Positions 25,191 to 38,357 of a stretch of 64,000 nt of DNA are shown one piece after another. Each line of letters opens with the position of its first letter. Positions within the stretch are counted from its first letter, which is position 1. This DNA is from Camelus ferus (taxonomy: Eukaryota). The position numbers were made by a program, and so were the translations under genes. The notes beneath the pieces are model-generated. The model was not told where the DNA came from and searched no databases. It saw only the letters and a list, made by a program, of their open reading frames with translations. The DNA lies in the NCBI RefSeq assembly GCF_009834535.1, contig NC_045697.1, positions 20,772,001-20,836,000 on the forward strand. The letters run 5' to 3'.

Positions 25191-27982
25191 GTAGAAATGA
25201 ATTAATAATTTATTTTTCATTATTATTGCTAAGCAAGTAAATGGGTATTTTTCAGTTCTAGATGTAAAACTTTCTGACTTTAACTTTTATCTACACAAAC
25301 AGGACCACTCTATAGGCAATTAGCTAATAGAACTTTTCTATTTCTGTTTAATGGTTAGCAGTAGATGTGAAATCCACCATATCATCTTATTGTTACCCAT
25401 TCAACCACCTATAGATTTTCCATTACTATATATCTTTTTAAAATAATCAGATATAGATACGTAGAGAATTTGAAAGGAAGGTATGATCTTATAACTACAT
25501 TTGTAGATTAATTTTATAAATTGAAAGACTATACTGTATTTCACACCAAACCTTCACACTCCCTAATTAGACCTGGTACCAGCGCATGACAAGGTAGATT
25601 ACGTTAGCACATTTGGATTCATAATCTCTATGGAAGTCTACACAGTATATGCTGTTAGCCCAGAAACAATGACAGACAGATAATCCCGTTTCAAACACAA
25701 TTGCCCTTAAGTAACTCAGTGTTTCTAACTATGGCTATCCTTCTAGATTTACTTCCTTAATACAGCTATGATTTTTAAGGTCATAAGCTAGGATAGAAAT
25801 TCACTTAGAAGAAAAATCCTACAGCAAGGGGAATCACTCATTTTTAGGACTTGTGTGTTTTTAGTTCTTCAGGGTCTATACCATTTGAGAATGAGAGAAA
25901 AGAGTTTAGAGCTAACCAAGAACATCATGCAATTATTTGAGGGGATACCTAGCAGACATATATTGGATTCTTTAACAAAATCATTTTGTATCTCATATCA
26001 TTTCTCCTTCTCTAAAAAATTGACAGAACACTGCATCTTCCAGACTATAACAGTGGATTAAAATATACACAGATGCAATGTCTGGCTTTTCAGATAATTC
26101 TGTATATTGTTTTTCAAACATCATTTCAGCTGGAAAACAAGTTTCATAATACTAAGAATACACAATAGCTTAGGAAATTTTTGATAAATAATTTTATTCT
26201 ACATGTATGTTTGTGCCACAAAAACATAAACCACTTATTTCTATCAATATGAGTTTATCCCTTTCAACCTACTTTTCATGGTGGGTCTTGTTCATTTTTC
26301 AGTTCATTCAATTTTGAATTTTGCCATAATGATACCATTCCTGTGGTTGAAGGCAACTCATTTGTTTCATCTGTTTTTATCTGAAGTTAGGTACATCATG
26401 ATTTTCCTTTCACAATAATGTTTCTTTCTAACATGAACTCATCAGAATTCTTATTTTTTAAGGATAGCATTTTTAAGATCTTTAAAATTAATGCAGGTGC
26501 TGTTTTCAATGCAAAAATTGTTTTGTAATCATTTGAGTTAAGAATATGACTCACACTTATTGTGTCCTTTACTGGATATTGAGTTTCTTGAAAGCGGTGA
26601 TTAAGGCATGTTGCCCAGGACACTATGAAATGCTGGCTGACTTAATCAGCCAATGGGAGATTTGAGTCCTGAAGAGTGATTGGATTTTCACAAGATTCCA
26701 CGGTAAGAGGGAGAGACAGGGGATAAGACATTTTTATGATTCTCAGTGCAGTACTCTTTCCGCTGTGGTCTGCCACTTCTTGAATAAGATTTTGGTACAA
26801 CATAGAGTTTTGAGAGGAGAAATGATTATATTATTTCTGTGGGAAATAATGTTATATATGCCTTGATAGGTTATCAAGGAGGAACTCTGTCTGACCTGAA
26901 ATGAATCTTTATTCAATCATCACTATATAAAAGCAAAGCTTAGCAGGCAAGAGCTTTTGAAAGAAGAAGAGGTAGTGTGGGCACATGAGATGACATATAT
27001 TAAGAAGGCTCTCTTCTGAATCACATATATTTTGCCATTAATCAAAAACCTAACCCCTTCAGCAATTTACTGTGTTTGGGTTTTTATCCTAGTGACTTTC
27101 TATCTCAGATTAATGCAGAGTAACTGGATGACAAGGAGAGATTTAAAACTGTAAATGTTAACCTAATTATTTACTGTTAATTTTCTATTCAATCTGCCTT
27201 GTATTTATTGGGATGACGTGACCTTCCCTGGTAGCAGGAATGGACAGGACGAACAACAAAGCAGCAAGCTTCCACTATTACTAGTATCTCAAGCTAATTT
27301 TCCAAAGCCACCAAACCGAGAGAATGAGCCATTCCTAGGGACTTCTCTCGTTCAGCAGTGTTACCATGTTGAACAGCTGAGACGAAATGAAGGCTCTGAT
27401 ACCTGGCTTAAACTGGCTGTACGGGGATAGCTGCAGCAGAGGACCCAGCCGGTCTGCGGAAGAGACTCATAAACCCACAGGTTTAGTTCAATGTCTTTTA
27501 CACACAACTTGGTATCTTTTGATGACATTATGCTTTCCCCACCCCAGTAAACTCTTCAAATAAACCCACAAAGCTTCCCCCAGGGAGAGTTTGTCATACC
27601 ATGCATTTTTCTGTCTTTAATGAATGCTTAATTCATTTGCCTGAAGCTTTTCTCACTTTAATAGCATTAACACATGTAAAATCAGGACAAACAGTGTGTG
27701 ATCAGGACAAACAGAATTGAGGCTGGAGCAACGTATTCTCAACTGGACTGTATACTTCATCTTATAGGATGTCATATGTGTTATTTGATCAGCTCACTCC
27801 TATGGTCTTGATAGACTAATAATCCTACAGATTTCTCTTCATTTGCTTTTCTACTTGTCAGAACATCTTGTGCACGATACATGTTTTCTTTAAACCACTA
27901 ATACAGCAAAACTTAGTTCTACAAATTAAACCTAAGATATTAGAATCTTATAAATTGTATCCAATTAAAAGATGGTCTAGAG

Positions 27983-28196
27983 CAGAGATTGGCAAATTAT
28001 TGCAAGGAGTCAAATCCAGTGTATTGCCTATTTTTATAAGTAGAATTTCATTGAAACATCACCAAATCTGTTCATTTCTCTGGCTACTTTTGAACTACAA
28101 TGACATTGTTGAGTAGTTGTGACGGGGACATTATGCTCTATGAAGTCTAAAATATTTTCTTTCTTGTCCTTTGCAGTAAAGGTTTGCTAATTCCTG
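27983..28196 (+). mobile_element. MER58A hAT-Charlie non-autonomous DNA transposon
   Basis: Terminal inverted repeats CAGAGATTGGCAAA / TTTGCTAATTCCTG, internal TTGAGTAGTTGTGAC, and 8-bp TSD GTCTAGAG / GTCTGAAG. Confidence 0.88.
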
Positions 28197-29229
28197 GTCT
28201 GAAGTGGTCCATTGAGATTTTATTATTTGTGTAATCCACCTACATAATTATATCATAGACATTTATACTAATGCCCTATAAAGTAACTTGTCCTGATTTG
28301 AAAATGTCGCAGCATATTGTAAGGGTGGTATTATGATTTAGTGTTCTTAGGAAGTGTTACCAGTTGAGAAGCAGCAATAATGTGTAAGATTGACTATACA
28401 TAACTGAACGTAAGCAGAAACAATAGTTGTGTTTCTTCTTTCAACAAGTCCAAAAATTGGGGAACACTAGTACCTTTTCCGTGTCTCTACACTGTAAGCC
28501 AAGTTTATTGGACTGCCTACACCCCTAAGAGAAACTTCTTTTTACTTTTAAGAGTGTTAGAAGCAGAAATATGATTCTTAGATAACAAGGGACCATGAAA
28601 ATAGTCAAAGAGAGGAATGCATTTATTGGGTCTCCTTAAAGAGTTTGAACTTTGAGGCATGCCTTCCTTCTGACAATGTGAAGAACAGTGTAAGTAACCC
28701 TTCTGGAAGATATTTGTAATCCCAGTGCGCAGAAAATGTCAAGAAACATACAGAGATACGTGGAAACAACTGGAAAGCTAACAAGTAAATTCATGATTGA
28801 CTTTTTCATCTGCTCTCACAGTTCATTCATGATCAAAACATTTATTAAGCTACTGGGGACCAAATATTATGCTAATCATTGAGGATAAAGAGATACTTAA
28901 AAAGGTTTTTGTTCTGAAGTAGCTCAAATTCTCCAGGTTAGCAAGATGTGTGGTAAGGGGATGGATGGGCAGATGAGAACAAGACGAAGATAAAAGCAAG
29001 TGGGAAAGAGTTCTCATTCCAAGGTATAGTAAAGATTTGTGAGGAAATTTAAACTTAAGAGCTCTTCACAAAAATGTTATTTTGGGGCAAGTTGAAAAAG
29101 AGATCAGATCTTTTGTATATACACATATACATATATGTCCATTCATGTTTGTGATATGAATATATATGCACATGTATAAACAGGTAGAATTACTTGACAA
29201 CTTATTTTAACCTTAATCTTAATTATAAT

Positions 29230-29589
29230 CAGTACTTTTTAAGTTTAAACCATAATAAACTGCTTCTTACTGTCACTCAGGAACTTGGTGGGACGACATC
29301 TCTGCCATCTCGAAAGTGTGATACCTAAGGAGATCCTCAGCATTAACATTTGGTCAACGGCAGGTAAGAGTGAGATAGTAGAGGCTCATGCGGGGTTTAA
29401 CAGGGTTTTGTAAGTAATGCCTTGAACTAGACATTAATTATCCCACAATACATTGGCCAAAATTCACAAAGACTGTCCCATTTGGTGCAGGGAGGTTTAC
29501 AAATGCAGCCTCTGGCTAAACAGGCATTTCCCAGCAATTCCTTTACACTACAGAACAAATCCATTTGGCAGAGCTGTCTCTGTATCATA
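29230..29589 (-). mobile_element. MLT1J/K-like MaLR LTR fragment
   Basis: CATTGGCCAAAATTCAC...AAATGCAGCCTCTGGCTAAACAGGCATTTCCCAGCAA...TTTACACTA resembles the reverse complement of the MLT1K 5' end. Confidence 0.6.
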
Positions 29590-30465
29590 AGTGTTTTACA
29601 AGTTACTGGTTCTTAAGTAGCTAAAGGATAATCTCAAGGACCTTCAGGGACAACCTTGATTTCCTACAGCTCTGGAAGTGCTTTTAAATCATCTATAGTT
29701 ATCTATCTGATATCATAATTGTTTAAAAATATGCTTCATATTCCATAATAGAATGTATATTCTTGAACATAGAAATACTAAGTTCATTTTTCAAAATACT
29801 ATTCAGAGTTACACCCTCCCCATGATTGTCCAAAGTGATAGTTAATATACACTATTTTAATTTCACCTGGCTATTTCAATGGGTAAACCTGATGGATATT
29901 TATTTACTTCGGTTAAGTTTATTGGGCTCATTCTATGACATAATTCCTCCACATTCGTATATTTAGAGAAGCTGAAGATTGTTACATCTTACTGACATCA
30001 GCCAACTTTTGTGAGCCTAATAACAGCAATTCTGGGAAGTCGCTTTTGAAGGCTATGGCCATGACACTACATTATGGTAAAGTGATCAGGAATATCTTGT
30101 AAAATATGGAGATTGCATCATTAAGATTTCACTGCCTTGCTCTGCCATGAGATCATAGTTTACTTTCACTCAGCTTTTGATATTCAGAAGCAGTTTTTTT
30201 CTGCCCACTTACTGACTTTTAACAAGACTTTTTACCAGTGCATTGATTTGGTATTTCAGAAAGTATTTTCAAGCAAAGTAGCCAAGGACTTGAATCTATT
30301 CCAGAGCAGTATATTATTGGCACCAGGATCCCAAAAGGACTCATACTGCTAGTAGCATGAGTATTAATTTAACGGAATTTAATGTGCTCTGAGAGGAAGT
30401 ATATAAAACGGTATAAAACTGTTAAATTAGGCAAGGAAGTAATTATGAGCCACATATTGTTTATT

Positions 30466-30986
30466 ATTTTTTTCCTTCTAGTTTTGTTGAGATATTGACA
30501 TACAGCACTGTATAAGTTTAAGTTGCATAGCATAGTAATTTGACTTACATACATCATGAAATGATTACCACAATAAATTTAATGAACATTTATCATCTCA
30601 TATAGATACAAAATAAAAGAAAAAGAAAAACATTTCTTTTCCTTGTGATGAGAGCTCCCAGGATCCACTTTCTTAACAACTTTCATATATATCATTCAGC
30701 AGTGTTAATTATATTTATCATGTTGTACATTACATCCTTAGTACTAATTTATCTAATAACTGGAAACTGGTATTTTTTAACTTCGTTCATCCAATTCCCC
30801 TCCCGCAACCCCTGCCTCTCATAAATACAAATCTGATGTCTTTTTCTATGAGTTTGTTTATTTTAGAAGTATAATTGACTTACAGCACTATGTTTGTTGC
30901 TGTTACACAGCATAGAGATTCAATATTTCTATACATTACAAAATGATGACCATGATAAGTCCAGTTACCATCTACACCATGCAAAG
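30466..30986 (-). mobile_element. L1 3' end (L1MA9-derived, laurasiatherian type)
   Basis: TTGAGATATTGACATACAGCACTGTATAAGTTTAAG...AAATGATTACCACAATAA. Possible TSD ATATTGTTTATT (30454-30465) / ATATTGCTTATT (30987-30998). Confidence 0.85.
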
Positions 30987-31349
30987 ATATTGCTTATTTG
31001 TAAAGGAAAATAATAAAATGCCAATGACTGAAAAACTTTCCCTTCCCTGGTAGAGAAGTCGCAAGTCTTTGTAAACAGGATGGTCAACATAATGTATTTC
31101 ACAAAACAGGAGAGTGAAAGAAAACAGGAGCTACTATGTCATTAAACCAAATATTGAGGATATTCACCTTTCATCTTTAAGAAGATTAAAGTAGAGTAGG
31201 ATGTAAGACATGACATAAGTAAAACTCTATCTAAAACAGAACACTTGAATTCTGCAAATGTAAACCACCGGTTCTGAGCAGTCTCCAGATAAAAACTGCC
31301 CTTTAGTTAAACACAGGCAAAAACATACTGTCAAACTTCAAAGTCAGAG

Positions 31350-32625
31350 CCACAATATTAGCAAGAACAACAACAACAACAATAGTAAACTATATTAACT
31401 ACAAAAGAGAGAAATAAACTATTGGGAAAAAATGAAGAGCTAGGAGTAGACAGAGGCACAGTGGAAATGTATGATATTCTAAAATGGGCACGAACACTGT
31501 ACACTGAGGAAATTTCAGAAAGTTTAGTATATGATGTTAGAAAAACTGTATTAGCATACAGAGAAAAGTAATACTGAGCTATTTTCTAAGATTCTAAGTA
31601 ATATTGGATTGTACTTTCTACATAAAAATGGATTCTAGTTCAAATAAAGATAATATATAATTAATAAACATGGAAAAATACCTTTCTGTCCTGGAGTGGG
31701 GAAGAGGTTTTTTTTTTTTTTTTTAAATATACTCCCTTTATTCTTTTTTTTTGGGGGGGGGGGTTGAAGAGTGGAAGGGAGGTAATTTGGCTTATTTATT
31801 TATTTATTTATTTTAACGGAGGTACTGGGGATTGAACTCAGAACCTCACACATGCTAAGCATGCATTTTGCCACTAAGCTACATCCTGCCCCTCAAGAGG
31901 TTTTCAAAAGAAAGTTCAAAAACAGAAAAATGAAGTGAAAAAAAATGATTAATAGATTACATCGTTTTTAAATTTTTGTGTTCACTGAATGGAAGCATGA
32001 CAGAAGTTAAAAGATATGTAAAAGTTATGAAAATATACTCTAGATATTTAGAAATGACAACAGATTCACATCCAGAATAGGCAGGGAACACCTGCAGATC
32101 AACAATGAGAAGCTCAATAAAAATAGAAAAATCTTTCAAAGAGATAAAAGCCCAGTTTACGGAAGAAGCAGCTGACAGAGTTAATGATGATATGATAAAT
32201 GTTCACAATCACTAGTAAGCAGAAGAAAGAAAACCAGAGTAACAAAAAGATATGGCTTTGCCTATTGAACTGGCAATAATCAAAAAGCTGGAAAATGTCA
32301 AGTATTAGCAGAAATGTGAGTCTTACTGCTGGTAAGATTGTGGGGATTGGCAGTCATTCTAAAAAACTCCATATGGAGACATGCAAGGTTATTCACTGCA
32401 GCAATGTTCTGAGCCAGGGAAAGGAGTCGGAAGCAAACTGACTGTCCATCATTTGGAGAGTGGACAGATAAAATGTGACAGATGACACCATAGAGTGTTA
32501 TAAAGAAGAAAGTTTTGACATAGATGTATACACAGCATAGTAGATAGATCATAGATATATAGTGCTTCGTGAACAGCAGAGAGAACAAGGCATGAGAGAG
32601 ATAATACAATAATATTTAATTGCTA
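31350..32625 (+). mobile_element. Degenerate old L1M ORF2 3' fragments
   Basis: ORF2-like segments such as TGTTCACAATCACTAGTAA, GGTTATTCACTGCAGCAATGTT and CTGTCCATCATTTGGAGAGTGGACAGATAAAATGTG. Confidence 0.6.
31712..31894 (-). mobile_element. tRNA-derived SINE, camelid Vic-1 type
   Basis: GGAGGTAATTTGG...(TATT)n...GGAGGTACTGGGGATTGAACTCAGAACCTCACACATGCTAAGCATGC...CCACTAAGCTACATCC. TSD AAGAGGTTTT at 31702-31711 and 31895-31904. Confidence 0.9.
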
Positions 32626-33979
32626 AGTAGAAACTTGCATCCTGTAATTTAGTTTAAATGCCTCTCTGGTGGGAAGTTTTGTTCTATGTCTTTTGTAAGT
32701 GTCATGTAGTTATGTCCCCCTGGCCACACCCCTCCTTTGGAGTCAGTATACAAGTTGCCTTCTTCTCTTGTCTGTATTTCTAATTACACTTCCATACCTC
32801 TAGCTAGAATAAACCAGGGTGTACACAGCTTATGTTCCAATTGCCTACTATCATTTCTTCTTCCTTGTATCTTTATTTCCTTGTTATCTGGTAACCCCTC
32901 AAAAGTGTGAAAAATAGAAAATACAATATCCAGTATGCTGTGCTTTCAAAAATCAGTCTTGTTGCCAGCTTCCCTCGCAAGTTGGTCACATGCCCCAGAA
33001 AGCCCTATACCACTAACAATAAACAACCTCTCACAATATATACGTGTATTTTTTCTTATCATTTTCTCACAAAATGTGGAAAACTAAAGGATCTGTGTCC
33101 TTCAGTTTGATTTGTAATCAGATGAGATATGGAAGGGAACAATACTCCGCTTATTGAAAAAAATTGCATGAATTAAAAAAAAATGTGTTCTCCTAAACTT
33201 GTTTGACACAAATGACTTTTGAGTCAGAAGACAGAAGAAATTGGAAAACTAGATATCTTCCCATATTTTCAAGTTTTTTATTTCATATAATTAATCAGAG
33301 GTACCGTGTTAACTTTCACAGGAGCCAGAATCTATTTTCCCACAATCCAACCACATCTGTCTTCTAAACAGTAAATTTACATATCAAATGTTATTTCTCT
33401 CTCCTTCTTTCCTTGTATATGAAAGAATGTTATATTATATACATATTTAAATTTGAATTCTATATAACATAAAATATAAAATATATTATAAAATATTATA
33501 TATGTAAAAAGTAAAAATAATATATATAAATATAATTAATATACTCAAATTACATATAGAAATTTAGATTACATACATAATTGGAAAGGATATATTTATT
33601 TGCCTAAGAAATGAGCAATTTATACATTAGGGCTTCAAAGATAAAACCAATTAAGTCCCTTTTTCTATCTCATGCCATCCTGTTATTTTCAGTACCTCAT
33701 TATACCTGTTCAAACTTTTTGGACTCATGAATCCAAGAGTTGGCATCACTCTCGACTTTATTTTAAACAATAATATGAATGATATGAGGATTAAGTCTTA
33801 ATACACATAATTGGGAAAAAAAACTGCAGTCAAGAGTAAAGGACTTTAGGATTGTAGAGCTCTCTTGCTGATTTGTGATCAGTCTAAATCTGGGTGGGTA
33901 GACAAAGTCAAGATGAATCTATCCAACTTCACCATCAGTCAACTTCTGTTTCTTCATCAATACTTAACTGACAGTTCTG

Positions 33980-34320
33980 CTGCTCAACAAAATAATTCAG
34001 TCAGGGCCAGGCACTTTTCTATGATCTGAAAACATAGAAGGAAAAGAATAGACAAGGTTGATGCTCTTGTAGATCCTCCATTTTAATAAACCAGTCAACA
34101 CATAAATACAATACTTTCATGAATTAAAAGGGCTACAAAGAAAATGAAACAGAGTGATGTGATAGCAAGTACTCTCCAGGCTTGTGTATGTGTGCATAGC
34201 TAGGAGGAGACCCTTTTGGACTGGGTTTTAAGAAGACTGTTCAAATGTGACGTCTGAGTGGAAAATGGTGGGAAAGAAGAAAACCAGTCACGGGAAGATC
34301 AAGAGATTGCAGACTTGAAG
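33980..34320 (-). mobile_element. L2 LINE 3' fragment
   Basis: CTCAACAAAATAATT...GCCAGGCAC...AATAGACAAGGTTGATGCTCTT, followed by L2 body sequence. Confidence 0.6.
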
Positions 34321-35699
34321 TGCTAATGTGCTTTCTATTACTGTTCACTGTCTCCAATAAGATAGGCTATTTTTGTTTTAAAAAGGGTTTGTATATTAGT
34401 TTCCTTATTTAATTTAATATATTTAATTTAATGTACTTGGAGCTTATTGATTTTGTAGTTCTTTATTTTCCCTCAAATGCCTGTAAGAGATAAGGAGAAG
34501 ATAGCTGAAATGATAACATTAAATTTTGAATTACCATATTCATTATTTTAATTATTAATCTTTTAACAAGTGTTCTAGAGTACAAACTCTCTAAAAGAAA
34601 TAAAGAAAAGACAAATTTGTTCAATTGAAAGTCATATTAAATACATAGATACATATATATATATACACACACACACATATATATATATATATGAAATGGT
34701 TTGAGGATGAATTGATAAGATGAGCAAAATTCCAAATGCAAAAACATGCTAGAAAATCATCTTAGGAATCCAAATGTAAACATCTAAATGAAGATAGCAG
34801 TGTTCAAGTTTCATAAATGTGCAATAGTTAGGTTAGAAACAAAATATGTGAAAGCAGAGAACAATCATATGTTAACCTAGTCTGATGCTCAGAGAACAAT
34901 CTCAGGTTCATTTGAAAATTTGCAACTGTTCATAAGTGTTTTAGATTGCTTTCATGCTTAGTTCATCAGTTTGAAAAAAGTTATGCACATATTGTAAAAT
35001 TCTTGTGCATATGTTACCAGCTTTTCTTTTGCTGTTTATATCACCACTAATTAACATTTTTAATTAAGACAAAAAACACTGTTAGCATAATACGTGAAAA
35101 ATTGGAACAGGTGCTTAGGGTAATAATTTGTATAAATAGCTATTGCCCTACACTAGAATCTAAATTATAATCATTAACTAGCTTTCAGTGGATCAAAGTG
35201 AAATTCTGCCTTTTTTTTTTAATTTAAGGAGAAAGCAAGAAAGAAAAACACACCACAGAAATAAATGCAGACAAAATTCTGCTGTTCCCATTATAATCCT
35301 AGTGTACCCTACACTTAAAACTTAGCCTTCTTGAAGCCTATCTGGTCTTCTTCCCCTCCACCGCCTCTGATCTGGTATTTCTCAGTTCATTCTTGAAAGC
35401 ACAGTTCTAAAAAGAAATTTTCTTCTTGACTTTTTTTGTACTCCAACTTTCTTCTCCCATCCGAAGAACAATGGGTTTTTACAGCGCTTTGTATTCTACT
35501 CCATTAAAGTAGGTACCCACTGAATTAAAATTAGTTAATAAATATTTCCATTTTGTCTATTAAAAGAGCAAAGTTCTGGAGGACTTATATCACCAGCACA
35601 TTGCTAAATTAAGTTCATTTAGCTCACGGAAGGAAATTAAATTAAATTAGCGTCTTAAAGAGAGCTACTTACAGTAAATGCATAACATGCGATATGCCA

Positions 35700-36400
35700 A
35701 ATTATATGGCTCCAGACTTACCTAAAATTCAATAGCCTCACATCTTATTCCTTTTACAAAGGCTTTTCTTCTGCCTGTGCTCAGAATCTAAGTTAATGGC
35801 ATCATTTGCCTCCTAGATACCCAGGAAGATACTGCAGACCTATCTATAATCTTTTTCCCCTCTCATCTCTGATAGTCAATGCTTACAATGCATCATGACA
35901 ACTGAAATTTAATGAACATCTATTATGCACTCTGCTCAGTGCTGACAATGCAAGAAAGTATAAAATACTATATCCTAGCCACACTCTTTTGAAATGCCTC
36001 TGTTACCATCCTTCTAACACTTCAGTCTTTTGCCCTGTTCATGTTCTTGTTTGCCTGGATGATTCTAATAACCTTATTTTGAGTTCGCAGCCTTCAGTCT
36101 TTTAACCTTCACATTGTGGCCAAATTATTTTTTTTCTAATTTCTTTCTTATAAAATTGTTAATTTTTCTTCTTTCCTATAGGTAAGTAGTAGCACTAGTT
36201 GCCTTTCTATATAGTAACTTAATTGTAAAATATATATCACATATTCAGTTCACAAGCATTTAATTTTTAATTATTCTAATTAACTTCAATCTGACCATGG
36301 CATATTTCTCTAGGGTTGTTTCTTCTCCTGTCATTCTCCAGTACACACAGAACTCTGCATCATCACCATGACAAAATATTATGTATAATTCCCCTTGGAA
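35700..36400 (+). mobile_element. Degenerate L2 fragment(s)
   Basis: AGTTAATGGCATCATT...CTTGTTTGCCTGGATGATTCTAATAACCTTATT is characteristic of L2. Confidence 0.55.
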
Positions 36401-36442
36401 GATTGCTCAGACACTCAGAGTGAATTAAAGAATAATAATTGT

Positions 36443-37139
36443 TGTATTAATCAGAGTTCTCCAGAAAAACAGAACCAATAGGAATTATGTTTGTGTGTGT
36501 GTGTATATTTATATATATATCTATAGATATATATATGTATATTCTTGATATAGATATCTAAGAGGAGAGTTATTACAGAAATTGTCTCACATGGTTGTAG
36601 AGGCTGAGAAGTGCCATCAAATGCTTTCTGTAAGCTGCAAGCACCAGAAAGCTGGTGGTGTCATTCAGTCAAGTCCTACAAAGGCTGAAGGACCAGGGGA
36701 GCTAATGGTGTCCCAGTCCAAGACCAAAGTGGTATAGATGGTGGGGTGAGAAGAGAGGCCACTGGGCTAAGTCTCAGAGCTTGAAGGAAGGAGCTGAAAT
36801 GTCCAAGAACAGGAGAAGATGGATTCCTGACTCAAGAAGAGAAAGAGAAAATTGGCCATTCCTCTGCCATTTTGTTCTATTTGAACCCGCATGGATGGGA
36901 TGATGCCCATCCATGTTGATGAGGGTGGATCTTCTTTACTAGGTCTACTGTCTTGAAGGCTACTATCTTCCAGAAACATCCCCATCATGTTTTACCAGCT
37001 ATCTGAGCATCCCTTTGTCCTGTCAAGTAGACAAAATTAACCATTTAAAGTCCACTTCTTGTCAAATCGACACCTATACACATCTCCTTCAACTGTACTT
37101 ACAGCCCAGTCAACTGAACACATAAAGTTAACCATCACA
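36443..37139 (-). mobile_element. MLT2B-like ERVL element (LTR stub + short internal/PPT + full LTR)
   Basis: TGTATTAATCAGAGTTCTCCAGAAAAACAGAACCAATAGG...GAGGCTGAGAAGT...AAAATTAACCAT, then internal-like AGTCCACTTCTTGTCAA, then a second LTR start ...CACATAAAGTTAACCATCACA. Confidence 0.88.
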
Positions 37140-37375
37140 ATCACTAAGACTTATCTAGTATTTACTCTAAACCATATACCATCCTAACTGCCTTAGAAAT
37201 ATCAACTTGTTCAGTACCTTGTGAAGTAGATATTAACATTTTATCCACTTTATACATGAGAAAGCTGAGGTACAAAGAATTTGTTCAGGCTTACTTAGGA
37301 ATTAAATGGCAGGGTCAGGATTCAAATTCAGAAAGTTTTCACCCAAAACTCATACTCAGAAATGATAAGCTGGAC
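37140..37375 (-). mobile_element. MIR SINE
   Basis: CACTTTATACATGAGAAAGCTGAGGTACAAAG...GGCAGGGTCAGGATTCAAATTCAG. Confidence 0.75.
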
Positions 37376-38357
37376 TGGTCCTCTCATCAAGTTCCCATGT
37401 AAGAGTTGTGTATACCATAGCACCAGTGCGCTGTACATCTTATTTTAGTCACAGCAAAAATTCAGCTACAACATATCATGACTCTGTATCATTTATCTTC
37501 CACAAGCATGAGGCAGTGCTGCATATAAAACCTGTAAAGATAGAATATATTTTGTCTTTATTAAAATGAGATTGCTACAGCACAATATATTTTTTGATGT
37601 CAAATGATTGATGCAGTAATTCACAATAAATTCAAAAAGAGGATTAGATGTAAGATGACTTTAAAGTCATATAAAACTATTCGCCCAATAAAAAAAGAGA
37701 AATGTTAAAACATCAATCAAACTATAAAATGAGTGATTTGAATTATATCCACTCCAAATTATGATATGCATATTTGCATATTAGTGATTCATAATGTTCA
37801 GTTGTACTATTTTAAAATATTTACAAGCTAATCATATAGAAAGCAATTTTGAGGATTTTTTTCTATATTCATTCCACAGACATTTTTAAGTTTATAATCT
37901 TTAAATATGTTTTCTCTTTTTTATGTATTCACTTGTCAATTTTACTATAACCAGAGATAGGACACACTGATAAATAATCTAAAAAAGGTCAAAAAAAGAC
38001 ATTCAAATCATTTATAATGTTCTTTTAATTGCAAAAAATACTATTATTTCATTTAAAATCGTTACTTTATGTGATTTTAGCCTATTAATTCTAAGACAAA
38101 AAAGAACCATTCCATAAATTTTAGTTTTATTTTTCATAGTCTTTACTATTCTCTGAAGTTATAGTGTTTATTATACATTTCTCTGTTATCTGTTCTGTAA
38201 GTAGAAATTAAGTTTCATAAGGCAATCATTTTGTTTATCATATTCTCCATTGAATAACCAGAATCTGGAATAGTTTTTGGTTCACAGTAGACATTCATGG
38301 AGAAGTATAATGATGTGTACTTCAGTTTCCATACCCAAATGAATTTGACTTGAAGCC

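Noticed and set aside
26595..26702. Possible coding exon ending at CG|GTAAGA
   Set aside because: All three frames contain stop codons and the acceptor is weak.
27218..27430. 70 aa ORF in unique, slightly GC-richer DNA
   Set aside because: GTG start, no recognisable homology and no convincing splice sites.
32640..33036. Possible old LTR
   Set aside because: It has an LTR-like look, but I cannot match it to a family or define both termini.
33430..33600. Extremely AT-rich stretch
   Set aside because: Low-complexity TA-rich sequence with no periodic structure.
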